Source: an uncultured Verrucomicrobiae bacterium
Lineage (GTDB): Bacteria > Verrucomicrobiota > Verrucomicrobiia > Limisphaerales > Palsa-1400
Reading direction: 5' to 3'
Length of the DNA stretch: 64,000 nucleotides
Assembly (NCBI GenBank): GCA_963759415.1
Contig: CAVWZG010000002.1
Coordinates: forward strand, 259,131-323,130
Part shown: piece after piece, positions 58,801 to 64,000 of the stretch
How positions within the stretch are numbered: the first letter of the stretch is position 1
Layout: each line of letters begins with the position of its first letter
Notes under the pieces: generated by a model
The model's input: the letters and a program-made list of their open reading frames with translations, nothing else
What the model was told of the DNA's origin: nothing
Databases searched by the model: none
Position numbers and translations under genes: made by a program

Positions 58801-59773
58801 AAGGTTACGCCCTCGTTGGCGCTGATCCGGGTGTTGCCGTATTCATCTCCCACTAGCAGCCGGCCATCCTGCAAAACGGACGCGGTATTGAGCACCAAGC
58901 CGTTGTCCCCGATGCCGTTTGTGTAAGATGAGTATAGGTCGGTATAGGTGTAAGTCGCGGTGTTGTTCCAGCTCGTCGCGGTGATCTTCTGGATCAATTT
59001 CTTGGATCCATTGATGCCGGAATAATACACGGTCCCATCAGTTCCGCGCGTGACACGATAGACAAGTGAGTAGGTGTTTAATTGCGTCCAACTAGTCCCA
59101 TGATTGACCGACACCCATAAGCCGTTGTCACCCCCTGCGAATATTTGGTCGGGAAATGAGGGATGAATATAGATAGAAGAAAAGATGATATTGGTGGGTA
59201 ACGCGGTATTGAGCGTCCACGTGCTGCCGGCGTCCGAGGATCTCCAGAACCCGTAAGCGCGGGTGCCTACAAACGCCTCCGAGTCGTTTGTGGGATGGAA
59301 GATGATGCACTCGCCCCCGACCCGCTCGTTGTCGCCCCCGGATAACCACACATTCGTCAATGTTTGCGTCCAGGTCGCTCCGCCGTCGGTCGATTTCCAG
59401 ACCCCGCGCCCTTGATCGCTCGCCGGCTGAGTGCCATAGCCGCACGCCATCAGGATCAGGTTGGAGCTTGAGCCGGCGGTCTGCGGCACGGCGACGCCCT
59501 GCGGGACCAACGCCGCTGACGTGACCATATTGCTGCACAAGAACGTCCACAGATTGGCCTGGTTGTCGCTACTGTAGATGCCACCGCCGTCGGTGCGGGC
59601 GATCAAACGGCCGCTCGGATGCTGGACGATCCCCGTCAGAAAGCCCCCGTCCTGCATGTTGATCTGGGTAAAGTTGCCGGGGATCTGGGGACGGCGCTTA
59701 CAGTTACGCATAAAGCCAGCGTGATCAGCAAAACGCCTAATCCGGGATTTGAATAATAAAACCTCTTGTACAT
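55815..59773 (-). CDS. GH74-like double beta-propeller plus Ig plus NHL propeller plus 'FYR' C-terminal domain; frameshift just after the signal peptide
   Basis: GGFLTGIVQHP..LIARTDGGG and PCMDLGG (both GH74-type Asp positions); BNR boxes SxDGGxTW; NHL repeats; signal peptide MYKRF...LALCVTVSAVP lies in another frame, with the shift at the G4 run 59687-59690. Confidence 0.8.
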
Positions 59774-60118
59774 AACGTGCCGTCTATCTTGGCAGGATTT
59801 TGCCTCTTCACAAGAGGTTCTTGCAGGTTTAAGTGTTGCCATTTCTTGTCACTTGGGCTGCAAGGCATGGTTAGTGATGATTCACCAATTCCTCGGGTCT
59901 CGCCAACAAGCTTCAGTTTCTTCCCGTGTCATATGTCCTCCACTGCGAGCATGAAATGGCTCCGTCCGGGATGCGGGTCGCAGCCGCATTGAGATTTATC
60001 GCGCGAGCACTGTGTGAGGAACCCCCTGACACAATATTACTCATTTTCCTGACTATCCAACCGACGAGCAGTGATCTATTCTACTTACGTCGATTGGAAT
60101 GAGAGGAACAAGACTTTT

Positions 60119-60202
60119 GCAGCAATGTTCAGGTAGCGGCACGTTTCTTCAGCGGGGTTCCCCACCCCCACCTCCTTGGCGTACGCTACCTGGACATTCT
60201 GC
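60119..60202. other. Long intergenic stem-loop
   Basis: aatgttcaggtagcg (60124-60138) pairs with cgctacctggacatt (60184-60198), with one G-U pair on the + strand. Confidence 0.65.
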
Positions 60203-60370
60203 TTTGAGTGCTCCCAAAAGAACCCGGGAGAAAGCGGTTTTCCACGACCGGGGACCACCTTTCAAGCTGTCGTTTCCGACAACTTGTTGGATTATGTTTT
60301 GCCGTCTAATCGATTTCGCTTTCGTGTTTGACATTACAGGCCAGGCGTTGCTCAGTCTTTGGATAATTAA

Positions 60371-60964
60371 ATGAAGTACTGCACAATCTTGTGTCTGGCC
60401 ATCCTCTGCGGGTGCTCAACAATGACCACTCAAGTCGCGCCTCTTGCGTCCCAACAAGTCAGGAACGGGAAATACGCAATTCTTGTTCGCGCAGGAGATC
60501 CGGGCATGGACAAGATTCTGTATAAAATCGCAGTCATGGAATTTGGCCAGTTGCTGAACATAGACAAAAATGGGACTCAAATAGACCAGCGCGGGAGATT
60601 AGAAATCACATTCGCAAACACTTCGGAAGGCGGATTATTGGATTCAGCGAGCACGATTAGCGCGGCTGATTCAAGGGCAGTTGGTTGGTATAACGGGAAC
60701 GGATATTGGGGGGGAACAGCATATCCATCGGGGACTTCAACCGCACTTGAGCCTGGAACAATGTTAAATCTGCAAAACAGCACCATGTTAATAACCCTAA
60801 AAGATACCAACGGAATTCAATTGTGGACTGCCAGCTATAATTATAATGGCGAATGGGAAATGTCCGGATTTTGGGTTAACACGCCGGACAAAGCTGCAAG
60901 GCTGTGCGTCAAACGGTTAAAGGCGCGTATGGAGAGGGACCTTTTTAAGAGCAGCAACAAGTGA
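60371..60964 (+). CDS. Lipoprotein of unknown function, AT-richer than neighbours
   Basis: MKYCTILCLAILCGC lipobox; LLITLKDTNGIQLW motif reminiscent of DUF4136-like proteins. Confidence 0.7.
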   Translation: MKYCTILCLAILCGCSTMTTQVAPLASQQVRNGKYAILVRAGDPGMDKILYKIAVMEFGQLLNIDKNGTQIDQRGRLEITFANTSEGGLLDSASTISAADSRAVGWYNGNGYWGGTAYPSGTSTALEPGTMLNLQNSTMLITLKDTNGIQLWTASYNYNGEWEMSGFWVNTPDKAARLCVKRLKARMERDLFKSSNK

Positions 60965-61005
60965 CGAACTGGCCCGATCCATCTTTGGTGGTGGCAGCAT
61001 ATCCT

Positions 61006-62313
61006 TCACCACCGGCCAAATTGCCGGCGTTGACCTTGCGGACGCGCAGCCTTTTGCCCGCTTGGCCCGCCCCGTTGCGCCCCGCCGCCCGGGCCTCCTC
61101 GCCTTTGGGGCGCCTGATGACCATGTGCGTGTTGTTGCTGCCGGCCACCACGGCTGGTTTCGGACTGCGCCGGGGCGGCCGTGGCGTAATTGAATCCTTC
61201 GGCGCGTTTGCGCACGATGCCGCGTCCGATGAAGCGCTCCAGCAAACGCAGCTCGCCGTGATCTTCCGGCGTGACAAAGCTGATGGCATCGCCCACTGCG
61301 TGGGCGCGTCCCGTGCGCCCGATGCGGTGGACGTAATCTTCCGAGTGCATCGGGAAATCATAATTCACGACGTGAGAAATTCCGTCCACGTCAATGCCGC
61401 GCGCCGCGATGTCCGTCGCCACCAACACGCGCACGGCGCCCGATTTGAAATCCTTCAAAGCCTTCAGCCGCTGGTTTTGCGAGCGATTCGAGTGCAGCGT
61501 CGCGGTGCGAATTCCGTTTTGCTCCAGTTGGCGCGCAATGCGATCCGCCCCGTGCTTCATCCTCGAGAAGACCAGCACCATGTCCATTTTCGAATCGCGC
61601 AGCAAATGCAACAGCAGCGCCCCCTTCAAATGTTTCGGCACTTCATAAATCAGTTGCGTGACGGTCTCGGCCGGGTTCGAGCGCCGGCCGATTTGCACCA
61701 GTTTCGGGCTGCGTTGAAATTCGTGGGTGAGGGCTTCGATCTCCTTCGACAGCGTCGCCGAAAAAAGGAGCGTCTGCCTCTTCGCCGGCAACTGGCGCAC
61801 AATCTGCCGGATGGAAGGAAGGAAACCCATGTCCAACATCCGGTCCGCCTCGTCCAGCACCAGGAATTGCAGGCCGGAAAAGTTGCCATGACGCCGGCCC
61901 ATCAAGTCCAGCAGCCGCCCCGGACACGCGATGATCACATCGGTCCCGGCGCGCAGGGCGCGGATCTGCGGCTGTTCCCCAACCCCGCCAAAAACCGTGG
62001 CGACGGTGAATGGCAGATGCCGGGCATGGATCCGGGTGTGCTCCTCGATCTGCAAGGCCAGTTCCCGCGTCGGGGCGACCACCAGCACCCGTGTGCCGCG
62101 CGGCGAGCCCGCAGGCTGCGCCGCCAGCTTGGTCAGAATGGGCAGCGTGAAGGCTGCGGTCTTTCCCGTCCCGGTTTGCGCGATGCCGATGAGATCGTGC
62201 CCGGCCAGTATCAGCGGAACGGCGGCCGCCTGAATGGGCGTAGGTTCGGTGTAGCCAGCTTCCTGGACAGCTTTCAAAATTCTGGCTTCAAGCCCTAACG
62301 TGCGAAATGACAT
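61006..62313 (-). CDS. DEAD-box RNA helicase (RhlE-like)
   Basis: PTPIQ, AQTGTGKT, PTRELA, DEAD, SAT, HRIGRTGR; Gly/Arg-rich tail. Confidence 0.96.
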   Translation of the reverse strand: MSFRTLGLEARILKAVQEAGYTEPTPIQAAAVPLILAGHDLIGIAQTGTGKTAAFTLPILTKLAAQPAGSPRGTRVLVVAPTRELALQIEEHTRIHARHLPFTVATVFGGVGEQPQIRALRAGTDVIIACPGRLLDLMGRRHGNFSGLQFLVLDEADRMLDMGFLPSIRQIVRQLPAKRQTLLFSATLSKEIEALTHEFQRSPKLVQIGRRSNPAETVTQLIYEVPKHLKGALLLHLLRDSKMDMVLVFSRMKHGADRIARQLEQNGIRTATLHSNRSQNQRLKALKDFKSGAVRVLVATDIAARGIDVDGISHVVNYDFPMHSEDYVHRIGRTGRAHAVGDAISFVTPEDHGELRLLERFIGRGIVRKRAEGFNYATAAPAQSETSRGGRQQQHAHGHQAPQRRGGPGGGAQRGGPSGQKAARPQGQRRQFGRW

Positions 62314-62426
62314 CGGTCATAGCATGACATGCCCCCGCCGAATAGCACGCCCAAACACGGAAATTGATTGGGGTGCAGGGCATGGTTTGGATTGTTTATC
62401 GCGGTGAATGGCATAATTTTGTTTCC

Positions 62427-62960
62427 ATGAAAACTTCGGCAGAACTGGAAGCGGCGGCGACACTGCAGGTCGCGGCGTTGATGGTCGCGGCGGCGCGTAC
62501 GGCGCCCAAAACGCGTGGCATCGACAATATCAAGACAGCGGCGATTGAGGATGAACCAAGCAAACGGCAGTTGATCGCCAAGATGCGGGAGATCGCGGCC
62601 AACGAAGACCGTCCCGGATTGGCGCGCGACGCGGGCAACATCGAGCGCGCGCCCGCCGTGGTGATCATTGGCGTGGAATCGAACACGGCCGATTTGAATT
62701 GCGGGTTCTGCGGGAAGCCGTCCTGCAAGGTCTTGCAAGAGGCTGACGGGGTCTGCGCGTTCAACTCCATTGACCTTGGAATTGCGGCGGCGTCGGCGGC
62801 GGAAGTGGCCGGGCGGTTCCACGTGGACAACCGCGTCATGTATTCGATCGGCCGCGCGGCGCTGGATTTGGGCTGGCTGGGACCGAAGGCTAAACAAGCG
62901 CTGGGGATTCCGTTAAGTGTCACCGGGAAGAACCCGTTTTTCGACCGACCCGCTCGCTAA
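62427..62960 (+). CDS. DUF2148 ferredoxin-like protein
   Basis: AARTAPK, CGFCGxxxC...C, IDLGIA, VDNRVMYSIG, GIPLSVTGKNPFFDR. Confidence 0.88.
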   Translation: MKTSAELEAAATLQVAALMVAAARTAPKTRGIDNIKTAAIEDEPSKRQLIAKMREIAANEDRPGLARDAGNIERAPAVVIIGVESNTADLNCGFCGKPSCKVLQEADGVCAFNSIDLGIAAASAAEVAGRFHVDNRVMYSIGRAALDLGWLGPKAKQALGIPLSVTGKNPFFDRPAR

Positions 62961-63014
62961 CGGGCAAATTGCCGGCCTCTGTGCTACCTTTGGCGTGAAA
63001 GTGCCGCTACATCC

Positions 63015-64000
63015 ATGAATGCATTGCCTCTGATAGTGGGCGCAGTCGCGGTCTTTGCCCTGGCCTACCGGTTTTACTATGGGTTCATTGTGGCCAAGGC
63101 CCTGGCTCTGGACGATTCCCGACAGACCCCTGCCAAGGGTTTGTACGACGGCCAGAATTATATTCCGATGAGCAAAGGGGTTGTCTTCGGGCAACACTTT
63201 GCGGCGATCGCGGGCGCGGGGCCTTTGGTCGGGCCGGTTTTGGCGGCGCAATTCGGCTACTTCCCCGGTTTTCTCTGGATCCTGCTGGGTGCGGTCGCGG
63301 CCGGGGCGGTCCATGACCTGGTAATCCTGGCGGCTTCGGTGAGGCATGATGGGAAATCGCTGGCCGAGATCGCGAAAAAGGAAATCAGCAACGTGAGCGG
63401 TTTCACGGCGTCAATTGTGACGCTGATCATCATCATTTTGACAATCGCCGGCTTGGGTTTGGTGGTTGTTTCCGCGCTGGCCGATAGTTCGTGGGTGACG
63501 TTCACCATCGCCTCGACCATTCCCATTGCGATTGCGATGGGGCTGTGGATGTTTCGATTCCGTCCTGGGCGAACGACGGAGGCGACGATTTTTGGCGTGG
63601 TGTTGCTGACGGCGACGGTTATTGGCGGGAAGTTCATCGCGGGTTCTCCGCTGGCGCCTTGGTTCAGCTTTGACCATAAGCACTCCACCTTGTTGCTGGC
63701 AGGCTACGGCTTTTTTGCGTCGGCTCTTCCCGTCTGGCTGCTGCTTTCGCCGCGGGGCTACTTGAGCTCGATCATGAAACTGGCGGTGTTGGGAATGCTG
63801 GGAGTGGGAGTGGTGTTTGTGGCGCCGGAATTGAAGATGCCGGCGGTGACGCCATTCGTGCATGGGGGCGGGCCGATCATTCCCGGGACGCTCTATCCGT
63901 ATTTGTTCATTACCATCGCCTGCGGAGCGATCTCCGGGTTCCATTCGCTGGTCAGCTCTGGCACAACCGCAAAAATGATCATGGCGGAGTCTCACATGAA
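63015..64000 (+). CDS. cstA: Carbon starvation protein A (peptide/pyruvate transporter), runs off window
   Basis: Not in the ORF track; hand translation MNALPLIVG...DGQNYIP...VFGQHFAAIAGAGPLVGPVLAAQFGY...ITIACGAISGFHSL. Confidence 0.95.
   Translation, partial: MNALPLIVGAVAVFALAYRFYYGFIVAKALALDDSRQTPAKGLYDGQNYIPMSKGVVFGQHFAAIAGAGPLVGPVLAAQFGYFPGFLWILLGAVAAGAVHDLVILAASVRHDGKSLAEIAKKEISNVSGFTASIVTLIIIILTIAGLGLVVVSALADSSWVTFTIASTIPIAIAMGLWMFRFRPGRTTEATIFGVVLLTATVIGGKFIAGSPLAPWFSFDHKHSTLLLAGYGFFASALPVWLLLSPRGYLSSIMKLAVLGMLGVGVVFVAPELKMPAVTPFVHGGGPIIPGTLYPYLFITIACGAISGFHSLVSSGTTAKMIMAESHM

Noticed and set aside
60119-60202. Hairpin considered as SRP RNA, 6S RNA, a known riboswitch or attC
   Set aside because: The diagnostic motifs of these families were not found; it is kept only as an unassigned structure
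60961-62298. 445-aa plus-strand ORF
   Set aside because: It is the antisense shadow of the DEAD-box helicase

Overview
This is a GC-rich bacterial window that looks like Verrucomicrobiota (Pedosphaera/Limisphaerales-like). That is inferred from protein style, not from a marker gene. From 1-28.6 kb lies a cell-surface locus: a WecA/MraY-family transferase, three large secreted beta-helix/Ig/HYR proteins (two share a ~2.8-kb near-duplicated C-terminal stalk), and a divergent export operon (Ala-rich protein, OM beta-barrel, short OPX/Wza, Wzc) converging on an O-antigen-ligase-family gene. From 28.7-37 kb come tex, a broken nucleotidyltransferase/wHTH pair, a membrane-anchored ECF sigma factor and a decayed gspE-gspD (secretin) relic. 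From 37-48.5 kb is a minus-strand general-stress/glycogen cluster (CsbD, zwf, glgP, pgm, PRC-barrel, YqjE/YqjK/ElaB-like, CBM48, MlaA-hydrolase fusion) that carries several deletion scars. Its promoters share an ATGGGGTGTT-type box at fixed spacing from a TATTNT -10. From 48.7-64 kb are housekeeping and carbohydrate genes (YdeI-like, SGNH, rsgA, engB, GH2, GH74-like/Ig/NHL, DEAD-box helicase, DUF2148, cstA). Best candidates for undescribed biology: (i) a shared C-terminal 'Q..L..W...FYR' domain on four barrel-less secreted proteins, a possible sorting/glyco-anchoring signal linked to the adjacent polysaccharide machinery, and (ii) the stress-regulon operator/promoter motif. No rRNA, tRNA, CRISPR array or intact transposase was recognised. 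All calls are by eye; no searches were run.
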